Positions 38,199 to 47,800 of a DNA stretch of 64,000 bases are shown here, piece after piece. The notes under the pieces are model-generated. The model was not told the origin of the DNA. It searched no databases and saw only the letters and a program-made list of their open reading frames with translations. The stretch covers positions 58,514-122,513 of the forward strand of contig JBEKXS010000001.1 in NCBI GenBank assembly GCA_049511795.1, written 5' to 3'. This stretch comes from Candidatus Pacearchaeota archaeon (GTDB taxonomy: Archaea > Nanobdellota > Nanobdellia > Pacearchaeales > GW2011-AR1). Positions within the stretch are counted from its first letter, which is position 1; each line of letters opens with the position of its first letter. A program made the position numbers and the translations under genes.

Positions 38199-38273
38199 GG
38201 CTCCGTAGCTCAGCATGGATAGAGCACCGGACTTTTAATCCGGGTGTCGTGGGTTCAAATCCCATCGGGGCCA
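38199..38273 (+). tRNA. tRNA-Lys (UUU)
   Basis: Perfect cloverleaf: acceptor GGCTCCG/CGGGGCC, D-stem GCTC/GAGC, anticodon arm CCGGA-CTTTTAA-TCCGG, T-arm GTGGG-TTCAAAT-CCCAT, discriminator A. Confidence 0.8.
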
Positions 38274-38339
38274 TTCTGTTTTTCTTTGTTTTCTCTTAGG
38301 TATACAAATACTTTTAAATAAAAAAAAGTAAATAAAATA

Positions 38340-38621
38340 ATGTCTTTTGAAATAAAACCATTTGGTAATGGTAAAGGTTTTGGTTACAGAGTGGTGAGAG
38401 CAGATAATGGTGCATGGACAGAGTCTTATGTTTTTGCAGAAATTATAGACAATCGTTATGTTTTAAGCTGGAATAATGGTCTGTCTCATGGAAATTTTAG
38501 AGATTTGGGGTTAAATGAAAGAAACGTTGCTGATACAAGTCTCTGGCGCAAAGCGGAAGAATTGTTGGAAGAAAAAATAAAAGAAGAAGCTGTTTTATCT
38601 GGAAGCCATAGCAAAACTTAA
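38340..38621 (+). CDS. Hypothetical protein
   Basis: 93-aa ORF just downstream of tRNA-Lys. Confidence 0.3.
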   Translation: MSFEIKPFGNGKGFGYRVVRADNGAWTESYVFAEIIDNRYVLSWNNGLSHGNFRDLGLNERNVADTSLWRKAEELLEEKIKEEAVLSGSHSKT

Positions 38622-38645
38622 AAGTAACTTATTCGATACTAATTT

Positions 38646-39056
38646 ATGCATAAGAAAAAAAAGGTGTGGATTTCTGTCATTGTGATTGTTGCAGCGATTG
38701 TCATATTATACTTTGTATTAAAAAGTCCACAAACAGGAACAAATGTAAATAATAACAATGAGAATGCTTCTGCTCCAAATCAAAATGCTCCATCTTCTGC
38801 AAGCACACCAAAAACAAATTTAGCATTATATTATAATCTTGACTGGCAAAAAGATTATATTGACAAGCCGAATAATATTGTTTCAATTTCTATTTCAGGA
38901 AATTACAACGCGATAAATATAAGCAGCCAGACAGAAATTTCACAAGTAACACTGAGCGGAACAAACAACAAAATAACATTCTGCAACAGCACATATCCTG
39001 CGCCTGTAATAAACAAAATCGGAATCAACAACGTAATAAATTATGTTGTCTGCTGA
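38646..39056 (+). CDS. Membrane-anchored or secreted Asn-rich hypothetical protein
   Basis: N-terminal TM/signal helix, Asn-rich linker. Confidence 0.3.
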   Translation: MHKKKKVWISVIVIVAAIVILYFVLKSPQTGTNVNNNNENASAPNQNAPSSASTPKTNLALYYNLDWQKDYIDKPNNIVSISISGNYNAINISSQTEISQVTLSGTNNKITFCNSTYPAPVINKIGINNVINYVVC

Positions 39057-39152
39057 TTTTTTTCTTAATAGTATAATTTAGTCGCATAATGCTTTTAAAT
39101 AAAATTCCCTTATGTTCTCTATCGGATTTTTTGGTAAATCCATTATAAAAAA

Positions 39153-39410
39153 ATGAGGGTTTTGCTTGAAAGTATTGTTGTTAATGGTATGAAGTTGTAT
39201 GCCCCTATTTCTCAAAATGGCGGGAACTACTCAGCATTAATTGGCAGAAAATTTTATGTATGTGAAAAAAGCAAGAAAGGCTACACAATAAAGGGTGATA
39301 ATTTAAGGGCCGCGATGGTTGGAGATGACCCTTTCTTTCCGGGAAAAGAAGATGATGACAAAGACAAAAGAGTAATTTATGATGCAGTTCCTGAACTGGT
39401 ATCCCCTTAA
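39153..39410 (+). CDS. Hypothetical protein
   Basis: 85-aa ORF. Confidence 0.25.
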   Translation: MRVLLESIVVNGMKLYAPISQNGGNYSALIGRKFYVCEKSKKGYTIKGDNLRAAMVGDDPFFPGKEDDDKDKRVIYDAVPELVSP

Positions 39411-39520
39411 GGGAGTTTTTTCATGATTTTTGGCAAATTCCTCTAAATCGCGACGGGACAGGGTTCTGTAAAGTTATCGGTTGGTAGAAAAGGTTAAAAG
39501 TTGGGATTCTTTAGAATTTT

Positions 39521-39703
39521 ATGGTTACGCCGAGCAGGGTTAGGATGAACAAATTAAGGCATAAGCACGGAATGATAGCCAAAGAAAAACAGGCAGAAAA
39601 CGAAGAAAATAAGTCTTGGAGAGAAAGAAGTTCTAAATCAATATCTCAAGAAGAACATCAAGAAAGACTAAATAAACTGAAAGAAATTGGATTATTAAAA
39701 TGA
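39521..39703 (+). CDS. Small highly charged protein, translationally coupled (ATGA) to the downstream gene
   Basis: 60 aa, K/E/R-rich. Its stop overlaps the start of 39700..40338. Confidence 0.3.
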   Translation: MVTPSRVRMNKLRHKHGMIAKEKQAENEENKSWRERSSKSISQEEHQERLNKLKEIGLLK

Positions 39704-40338
39704 GTGAAAGTAAAGCAAAGGCAAAACTGAACGGAGATGTAATAAAACTACCCCTTAGTTTTTCTCAAGGCAGTATTAGGGTAGCAGACAATAAAGGAAA
39801 TCACTTTCAAAAACCAACACAGCAAATTATGGATAAGGAATTGTATATTGAATGGATGATAACTAATGATGAAATTAAATTGTTGTCAAAACTTATCCCC
39901 AAGAAAAATATAGGAGATTTGATAAAAGTGTTACAAAGAATAAATAAGTTTGCAGAAGCAACGAAATATTCTAAAAGAGAATCAGATAGAGGAGAAAAAG
40001 TTATTGCTGAATTTGAGGGCTTTAAGATATATCATTATACAGATGATTTTAATTCTTTTGAGAAAGTTCTTGGTTCTACATTAAAAGTAAGATTAACATT
40101 TAAGTTAGGAGATTATGGTGTTACATCCCATCCTCATATGTATGTTCTTGTCCCATTCAATTTTAAGACATTAAAAATAAAAAATATCTCTGGGAATGTT
40201 AAGATAGGAGAACCTCTTGGAAAAAAGTGTTTTGCAGAACTAAATTTGACAGAAGAAGAACTTAAAGAGATAATATTAACACTTGCTCACGCTTCAAGTA
40301 ATCATAGAAATGATTTGATTAAAGTTCTTGAATCCTGA
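39700..40338 (+). CDS. Hypothetical protein, candidate restriction endonuclease partner of the adjacent methyltransferase
   Basis: Convergent with, and overlapping by 20 nt, the 3' end of the MTase gene. No clear catalytic motif. Confidence 0.25.
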   Translation: MSESKAKAKLNGDVIKLPLSFSQGSIRVADNKGNHFQKPTQQIMDKELYIEWMITNDEIKLLSKLIPKKNIGDLIKVLQRINKFAEATKYSKRESDRGEKVIAEFEGFKIYHYTDDFNSFEKVLGSTLKVRLTFKLGDYGVTSHPHMYVLVPFNFKTLKIKNISGNVKIGEPLGKKCFAELNLTEEELKEIILTLAHASSNHRNDLIKVLES

Positions 40339-41455
40339 AATCCAAAACATCATTTTTCTTTATTGACTTACTGCCTACTCTATGGGTTATGTTTCTAAAA
40401 TGTTCTAAATTCTTATTAAGGGCTTTACAAACAGATTCTTTTATCTTTTTATTGCTATTGAACTCATCTTTAAATTTAAAGACAAAAAACATATCATTCA
40501 AAACATCTTCTTTGACATTAATTAACCCTGATTTTCCCACGCTTACATTACCCACTCTTGTAACTGCAAGAGCATAATCCTTAACATCTTTTTCTTTTGG
40601 TATTTCTTGGTGTTGTAAAATGTTAGCCCCTGAAATATTGTTTTTTGTATAATCTCTTTGATAATGGGCTTTTTCATTAGATAAGAAATCAAATAAAGGT
40701 TTTCCTTCTTGATGGTTTTTTATTTTGTATAAAAATGTTTTTGGGATTAATTCTTCTGTTAGTAATAGATTTTTGTCTAAAACTTCTTTAACATTCTGTC
40801 CATCTTCATAAAGGATTATTATTTTATCTCTGAATTTATCTATATTTGTAAAGATAGCAAAACAGCAAGGTATAGGTTCTTCAACCATATTCTTACTATT
40901 CTGATAAATTATTATTGTGCTAAATCTGTTTATGATTTCTTTCTTAACTTCTTTATTTTTCTTTGCTATGAAAAAGGAGATAGGCAAAACAAAAGCTATA
41001 CTTGAATTTTCATCTTTAAGATGTTTTATAGATTTCAAAATAAAAGCATTTTCTATTTGAACTTTCTCTTTTTTCTTGAAGGATTCTGTTAAATAATCTT
41101 CATTATTCTTATACTTCTTTGGGAAAAAATAGCTGTCTTTGACATTATATTTTGTAAATGGTGGATTTCCTATAATCAAATCAAACTTTTTATCTAAATC
41201 AAACAAAAAGAAATCACAGGGCTTACTTGTCAGATTCTCATCTATTTCACACTCTTGAATATTGTTAAAACCCTGCTCTTGCATTCCCTTTACAAAGTTT
41301 CTTGTCCCTGCTGATGGTTCTAAAACATTTATATCTCTATTGTAATCTTTATATTCTAAAAGAAGTCTAATTACTCTATCAACAACATTTCTTTTAGTGA
41401 AATATTGTCCCCAAACAAATTTCTTATCGCCCATATCTATTTTATGCTTTGACAT
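40319..41455 (-). CDS. N6-adenine DNA methyltransferase (gamma-class, TaqI-like order: motif I then IGNPPF) with C-terminal target-recognition domain
   Basis: Motif I VLEPSAGTRNF. Motif IV IGNPPF. About 180-aa C-terminal variable domain. The annotated start lies 3 nt from the transposase stop, so the real start may be the internal Met at about 41434. Confidence 0.6.
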   Translation of the reverse strand: MSKHKIDMGDKKFVWGQYFTKRNVVDRVIRLLLEYKDYNRDINVLEPSAGTRNFVKGMQEQGFNNIQECEIDENLTSKPCDFFLFDLDKKFDLIIGNPPFTKYNVKDSYFFPKKYKNNEDYLTESFKKKEKVQIENAFILKSIKHLKDENSSIAFVLPISFFIAKKNKEVKKEIINRFSTIIIYQNSKNMVEEPIPCCFAIFTNIDKFRDKIIILYEDGQNVKEVLDKNLLLTEELIPKTFLYKIKNHQEGKPLFDFLSNEKAHYQRDYTKNNISGANILQHQEIPKEKDVKDYALAVTRVGNVSVGKSGLINVKEDVLNDMFFVFKFKDEFNSNKKIKESVCKALNKNLEHFRNITHRVGSKSIKKNDVLDFRIQEL

Positions 41456-42505
41456 TTTTTAACTCTTTTGACTTGCTAAGTATATCAAGTCAAGCCATTT
41501 ATTTTTCCCAAGATTAAGATTAACCCCTGCTTGTTCAATAGGAGTTTTATTTATGCCTTGATGGATTCTTATAAAATTGTAATAAACAACAAACAAAGAC
41601 AAAATAGCTTCTGCACTTTCAGGGCTTTTGAAATTTCTCATAACCTTGATTCTTGCCCTGATAGTACCTTGTATTCTTTCTATTATGTTATTTCTTCTGT
41701 CTTCACTTGCTTTTAATCTTGTATAAACTTCTCTATCTAATTTTCTGTTTCTTGAACCCCAAACTTTTCTATATGCTTTCTTATAAGCAAAAGCTGAATC
41801 TGTGAATAATGATAATGGTTTATTCTGTGCTTTGAAGAAAAGCATTTTAGCACTCTTTGTATCTCTTTTTGTTGAGTAATGAGAAGAAACCAAAACTCTT
41901 GTTTCCTTATCTATCATATCCCAAAAATAATGCTGTTCATTCTTACATTTAACAAAAATCTCATCTGCGTGATAAATTCTTGAAAGATTTAAGTCAAATT
42001 TTCTCTGAAAATCTTTTAACAATATAGCATATCTTCTTATCCAGTTTAGAACAGCTTGATGGCTTACTTGATAATCTGAAAACTGGTTAAAATGCTCTTT
42101 GACTTTTCTTAAACTCAACCCATTCATATAAAGAGAAACGCACTGGGTTATTACTTCTCTTTTGTGCTTTGTTTTGAAGAAACCATCATCAACCACAAAA
42201 CATTCAGAACAGGAATTACATTTCCATCTTTGCTTTTTTGTGGTATGGTTGAATCTGAAACCCCACTTAATAACTTCTTCAGATTTACAATAAGGACAAA
42301 CCTTCGGCTTGATAACCGAAACTAATTTATAGTTCTGTGTCTTCTGATTTTCGTTATTCATTTTGCGATGGGTAACCTGCCCTTCGGGGCAGTCATATTT
42401 ATTTGTATAAATATTAGATTAGTAAATAACTAATCTATTTAAATGTTTCTATGAGAAGTAATTAGGCACTACAATTCACTATTATTAGGCACTACAACAA
42501 GGGGA
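41400..42505 (-). mobile_element. IS6-family insertion sequence. Exact ends not resolved. Region bounded by the MTase start and GGCACTACAA repeats.
   Basis: Transposase ORF. Upstream GC-rich UUCG hairpin (42377..42392). IS26-IR-like GGCACTACAA copies at 42465..42474 and 42488..42497. Confidence 0.35.
41459..42361 (-). CDS. tnp: IS6-family DDE transposase with N-terminal zinc-ribbon
   Basis: CPYC...CNSCSEC zinc finger. YHADEIFVK, DKETRVLVSSHYSTKRDTKSAKMLF, FTDSAFAYKKAYRKV and RNFKSPESAEAILSLFVVYYNFIR blocks parallel the IS26 Tnp26 blocks WHMDETYVK, DSRGRTVDFYLSSRRNSKAAYRFL, NTDKAPAY, GFKSMKTAYATIKGIEVMRAL. Confidence 0.7.
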   Translation of the reverse strand: MNNENQKTQNYKLVSVIKPKVCPYCKSEEVIKWGFRFNHTTKKQRWKCNSCSECFVVDDGFFKTKHKREVITQCVSLYMNGLSLRKVKEHFNQFSDYQVSHQAVLNWIRRYAILLKDFQRKFDLNLSRIYHADEIFVKCKNEQHYFWDMIDKETRVLVSSHYSTKRDTKSAKMLFFKAQNKPLSLFTDSAFAYKKAYRKVWGSRNRKLDREVYTRLKASEDRRNNIIERIQGTIRARIKVMRNFKSPESAEAILSLFVVYYNFIRIHQGINKTPIEQAGVNLNLGKNKWLDLIYLASQKS

Positions 42506-42696
42506 GAAAGTGTCATAAATATCTGTTCGGCAAAAATCTCGTCAGATTCTTTCCTTAATTTTTTATTAAGAAATTTATCAAGTTTTTTCTGATAGTTTGG
42601 AATATCTATGCCGTACTTTTTATCAAATTCATTAGTAAGTTCAATAATTTTTTCCCTCATTTCTACAACCTTCAAGTCATTTTCTTTCCAGTTCAT
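42469..42696 (-). pseudogene. Truncated hypothetical gene (75 aa) whose C-terminus is encoded by the GGCACTACAA repeats. Probable remnant of the partner of the upstream AbrB-like gene.
   Basis: Start overlaps the stop of the AbrB-like ORF (ATGA). The last 12 codons read through both repeat copies. Confidence 0.3.
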
Positions 42697-42851
42697 TTTT
42701 TCTTTTTCTCCTTTTCTGTTTTCCTGATTTTTACTTCAAGAATATCTCCAAGTTCCAAGCCCAATTTTTCTATTGTTTCTATTGGAATCGTAATTACTTT
42801 GGAACTACCCCCATCCCTGATTTTTGCGTCAAATTGGCTTTCAGTTTCCAT
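42696..42851 (-). CDS. AbrB/SpoVT-MazE-like small DNA-binding protein (antitoxin-like), 51 aa
   Basis: Hand-translated: METESQFDAKIRDGGSSKVITIPIETIEKLGLELGDILEVKIRKTEKEKKK. Swapped-hairpin AbrB-type pattern (GSSKVITIP...LGL..GD.L). Confidence 0.4.
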
Positions 42852-42955
42852 AATATATCTTAAACCTTTTTTAACAAGATTAAATATACATTTGACTATA
42901 AAAAACTTGTGTTTTTACAAAAGATTTAAAAGTAGTCATTTACTAACCTTTCTAT

Positions 42956-43216
42956 ATGGCAAAGGCAATACCAAAGTGGGTACAAGAAAGATTGTCAAGA
43001 CTTTGGAAAAAATATGAGGGGAAAGACATAACATATGAAAATATAGAAAAAACTTTGACTATGGATGATAAAAATACAATAAATGCTTTTTTGAATGAAC
43101 TCAAAACAGCAGGATGGATAGAAGTTAAATCAAATGAATCAGACGCAAGAAAGAAAATATATATTTTAAAATCTCCAAGCGTGGTTATGTTGGAAATAAA
43201 AAAGGAAGAAAAATGA
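42956..43216 (+). CDS. Winged-helix DNA-binding protein
   Basis: 86 aa. ...INAFLNELKTAGWIEVK... recognition helix plus wing. Translationally coupled (ATGA) to the downstream gene. Confidence 0.4.
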   Translation: MAKAIPKWVQERLSRLWKKYEGKDITYENIEKTLTMDDKNTINAFLNELKTAGWIEVKSNESDARKKIYILKSPSVVMLEIKKEEK

Positions 43217-44331
43217 TAATACACGATGTTATTACTGAGGCAGTTGATAAAGATTCAAGACTGGTTTTGAAAAGAATAAAAACTTCTGAAGGAGATTTTT
43301 CAAACAGAAAACTTGCTATTACAAACTTTATGTATAATTGTGAAAGGGACAGGATGAAATATGGACAACCATTATTTAATGGAATTTTCCAAACGTGTCA
43401 TATCAGATTTGATAGGATTCTTAATGACTGGGATTATCTTGGGCTTGAAAACTCCAAAAAACACGCACAGAAAAACAATCGTATATTTTTGCCTTACAAA
43501 CAAAGAAATGAAGAACAGCTATCCCAAATGAAATGGGAAAATTCTGTTAGCGATTTCAATACTATGGTTGGAAAGGTTGATAATGTTCCATTTGTCCTGC
43601 CTCTTTATGCAACCCTTAATGATTGGAAAAAATACAGGGCAAACGCTATTTCAATATTAAACCAAAATCAAACATTAATTCCTATAATCTCATCAAAGCA
43701 TAATGTTTCACATTTTCCAACAATAATAAAATATGAAAAAGGAAAAGATAATCTTATAGGGATAAATTCTTATGAATTGAGTGACATAACAGAAAGAACA
43801 AACCTTTCATATTTGAGAGCAATAAACAGCGATACAAAAACAGGTGATAAAACTTCTTTATTTGTAAATTTCAATTATCCAAGAATCCTTACAAGATTAT
43901 CAAATATCGCTGGTTCTTTTGCATTTACTTGCTTTGCAGGAGATATTTTTTCTGAAAGAGCAAGTTTCCCACAAGGAATGAAAAGAGAATCTGTTAATCT
44001 TATGTTTGACAGAAAGCCAGAAGAATATTCTTTTTATGATTCTAAAGAAAAGAAATTCAATAAATCCTTGCCTCAGAAAGAATGGTATGGTGTTGATTTA
44101 ACCAAAAGTTCTATGGCTAACGTTTCAGTTCTTCACGGATTAAGTGGTTATCAAGTAATAAAATGTTTAAGTCACATTAAACAACAAGATGATTTAGATT
44201 TAATTAATGCTTTAATATTGAATCAGCAAGATGTTTTGAAATTTATGAAAAATTATACTGGTTGGAGTGTATTCTTAGACAGAATGGTTATCCCATCTTC
44301 ACAAACGCAACAAACCCTCTTAAAATTCTAA
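43213..44331 (+). CDS. Hypothetical protein (372 aa), no recognisable domain
   Basis: Good coding structure. No motif matched from memory. Confidence 0.35.
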   Translation: MIIHDVITEAVDKDSRLVLKRIKTSEGDFSNRKLAITNFMYNCERDRMKYGQPLFNGIFQTCHIRFDRILNDWDYLGLENSKKHAQKNNRIFLPYKQRNEEQLSQMKWENSVSDFNTMVGKVDNVPFVLPLYATLNDWKKYRANAISILNQNQTLIPIISSKHNVSHFPTIIKYEKGKDNLIGINSYELSDITERTNLSYLRAINSDTKTGDKTSLFVNFNYPRILTRLSNIAGSFAFTCFAGDIFSERASFPQGMKRESVNLMFDRKPEEYSFYDSKEKKFNKSLPQKEWYGVDLTKSSMANVSVLHGLSGYQVIKCLSHIKQQDDLDLINALILNQQDVLKFMKNYTGWSVFLDRMVIPSSQTQQTLLKF

Positions 44332-44617
44332 TAGTCACGTGACACAAGGAAAAAACATTAAGGGGTTGCTTGTTCTTTCCAAGCAAGTAAATCCCTTAAT
44401 GCCTTCTTAAAAATATTAATTTTCCATTCCTTTTAAACTTTTATTCAATTTTCACCAACCGAAGATTTGACAGAACCACGGGACAGAAACATTTTTAAAC
44501 CAAATTTTGATATCTTTTATTATTGATGAGTTGTCAAAACTCTTCTGGAAAGTGCCTAAAACCCCCTGCCAGAAAAATTAAATTCACCGTCGGTAACTGT
44601 CTAAAACTGCCAAAAAT

Positions 44618-44830
44618 ATGCATATTCTACAACCAAAACATACCAAACTAAAAGAGAAAGAGTCCCAGGAATTACTTGCAAAACTCAATATTTCTAAAGC
44701 TCAGCTGCCAAAAATACTTTCAACAGACCCTGCATTGCCTGAAGAATGTGCTGTTGGCGATGTCATAAAGATAGAAAGGAAAGAGCATGACAGCGATAAA
44801 ACAACCCCATATTACAGAGTTGTTGTTTAA
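44618..44830 (+). CDS. rpoH: RNA polymerase subunit H (Rpb5 homolog)
   Basis: 70 aa. ...HELVPKH-like HILQPKHTKL and C-terminal DPVARYYG-like TTPYYRVVV pattern. Immediately upstream of rpoB. Confidence 0.7.
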   Translation: MHILQPKHTKLKEKESQELLAKLNISKAQLPKILSTDPALPEECAVGDVIKIERKEHDSDKTTPYYRVVV

Positions 44831-44875
44831 AGAAAGTCCAAGCGAAATTAAGTAAAATTTGCATAAAAAGCCAAA

Positions 44876-47800
44876 ATGAAACCAGGAAAACACCTAATTG
44901 TGAAAAAGTATCTTGAAGAACACTCTCTGGTAGAAAGTAATATTATTTCTTTCAATAATTTCGTTGAAAAAAGAATGCAGGAAATCGTCGATGAAATTGC
45001 AGGAACAATAAACAACGAAGATTTTGAAATAACACTTGGAAAAATAGAAATTGGGAAACCAAAAGTCATAGAAGCTGACGGAAGTTCCTCGCTTATAACG
45101 CCTCAGGAAGCAAAATTAAGGGATTTAACATATGCTGCTCCTGTAAGCCTTGAATTGACAGTAAAAAAAGACGACCAAGTTGACTCAGAAACAGTTGAAA
45201 TCGGAAAAATTCCTATAATGGTAAGGAGTAAATTCTGCAACACATATGGAATGACAAAAGATCAGCTTATAGAAACATATCACGACCCATTGGACCCTGG
45301 TGGATATTTTGTCATAAAGGGAAATGAGCGTGTCATGGTAATGGCAGAAGACCTTGCAGAAAACCAGCCATTTATAGAAGATAATTCAAAAGGAGATTTA
45401 ACACTAAAATTGTTCTCATCAAAGGGAACTTACAGAATTCCTGTCCTTATTTCTGAAAACAAGGAAGGAATAATTGATGTTTCATTCAGCAAATTCAAAG
45501 ATGTTCCTGCTGTCGTAATCCTTAAAGCTCTTGGACTGATAAAAGAGTCAGACATTGCAAAATACATCGGAAAGGAAACAGACGCCGTAATTGTCAATTT
45601 GTATGAATTTGCGCACATTGCAACAAAAGAAGATGCAATGCTTTACATTTCAGAGAAAACAAGCCTTCAAGGAACAAAGAAAGAAATTCTTGACAGAGTT
45701 AAGCAGAGAATTGATTCATATCTTTTCCCACACATAGGGCAAAAGAAAGAAGACAGGATAAAAAAAGCTATAACTTTATGCAAGCTCATAAAGCAATTCC
45801 TTATTTCAAAGGAAAATCCAAAATTAAGAACAGATAAGGACCATTATGCAAATAAAAGGGTCAGGCTTTCTGGAGACCTTCTTGCAACTTTGTTCAGGGT
45901 TAATCTAGGAATTTTGATAAGAGATATCCAATACTCATTGCAAAAATCAGCGAAGAGAAAAAAATTCTTTTCAATAAAAATAATTGCAAAATCAACTCTC
46001 TTTTCGCATAGAGTAGAATCAGCAATTGCAACAGGAAGCTGGACAGGAGAAAGAAGCGGAATAACACAGAACATGGATAAGACAAATTATCTTGCAACTA
46101 TTTCACAGCTTCAGCGTGTTTCATCTATGCTTGCAAGTGACCAGGAAAATTTCGCTGCAAGAACATTGCATCCAACTCATTACGGAAGATTCTGCCCTAT
46201 TGAAACTCCTGAAGGAACAGAAATCGGACTCAGAAAAAATCTTGCAATTCTCAGTAGAGTTTCAACAAGAACAGACCTTAGCGAGGAAAAATTCCTGAAA
46301 GACCTTTCTATTCATGGTCTTGAGGTTGAAGGAACAGACGGAACAGAAGTTTTCCTTAACGGTATTTTCATTGGGATGGTAAAAAATCCAAAAGAGTTCA
46401 CAATGGCAATAAGGGAAAAAAGAAGGAAAGGGGAATTGCCTATTGAAATGAACATAAGGCATGATGAAAATTTCCAGACAGTAAATGTTTACACAGAACC
46501 TGGAAGAGTTTTAAGACCCTTGATAATTGTCGACAATGGTGTTTCAAGATTGAAGAATGAGCACATGGTAAGAGTCGAAAGCAATGAAATAGGATGGAAA
46601 GACCTTTTAAGAGAAGGAGTTATTGAATATATAGATGCTGCAGAGGAAGAAGAAGCGCTTGTTGCATTGCATGAAGAAGAATTAACTCACGAGCACACTC
46701 ACCTTGAAATTGACCCAACAGACTTGTTCGGTGTCATAACAAGCCTTGTTCCATATTCAAATCACGATCAAAGTTCCAGACTTAACAGAGGAAGTAAGAC
46801 ACAAAAACAGGCTCTTGGTCTTTATGCTGCAAATTATTTGACAAGGCTTGACACAGATGTTTCCATTCTTCAATATCCCCAAAAACCAATTGTAAGAAGT
46901 TTTGTTTATGATACATTGCAGGCATATCCTGCAGGACAAAATCTTGTCGTTGCTGTGATGACTCATGAAGGTTACAACATGGAAGATGCACTTGTTTTCA
47001 ACAAAGGTAGTCTTGATCGTGGAGTGGGAAGAAGTTTTTATTTTAGGCCTTACAGCGCTGTTGAAATGAATTATGCAGGTGGATTAAAAGATGAAATAGT
47101 CATTCCTGAAAAAGATTCTTCAGGTTACAGGACAGAGGAAAGCTACAAGCATCTTGAATCAGATGGAATTGTTTCTCCTGAAGCAGAAATTGACGAGGGA
47201 GAAGTCATGATTGGAAAAGTTTCTCCACCAAAATTCCTTTCAGAGGCAAGAGAAATTTCTGTAAGGACAAAGAAAGAGTCCAGTGTTGCAATGAAGCAGG
47301 AAGAAAAAGGAATTGTTGAAGGTGTTTTCATAACAGAAGACGACGATGGAAACAAAATTGTCCAGGTTAAAACAAGAGACCAAAGAATTCCAGAGCTTGG
47401 AGACAAATTCGCAACATCTCACGGACAAAAAGGAGTTATTGGATTAATTGTTGATGAAGAAGATGTTCCATTCACTTCAAAAGGAATAAGGCCAGATGTA
47501 ATGTTTAATCCACATGGTCTTCCAAGCAGAATGACAGTTGGTTATCTTCTTGAATTGCTTGCAGGAAAAGTAGGATGTTTGAAGGGAGAAGTCATGGACG
47601 GAACAGCCTTCTCTGGAACAAGCAAAAAAGAACTTGAAGAAGCTTTGAAAGAGCTTGGATTCAGGTATGATGGAAAAGAAACAATGTATTCTGGAATAAC
47701 TGGAAAGAAAATGCAGACAAAAATCTTCGTCGGTAATTTATATTACTTGAAGCTTAAATATATGGTTGGAAATAAGCTTCATGGAAGAGCTTCTGGTAAA

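Noticed and set aside
39450-39475. Shared 9-mer ACGGGACAG between 39457 and 44477 as possible island att repeats
   Set aside because: Too short. A chance match in 64 kb on two strands is plausible. No extended flanking similarity.
44332-44617. Partial direct repeat of the tRNA-Lys 3' end (AAATCCC...GCC) as the island right boundary
   Set aside because: Only about 10 matching nucleotides. Not convincing as an att site.
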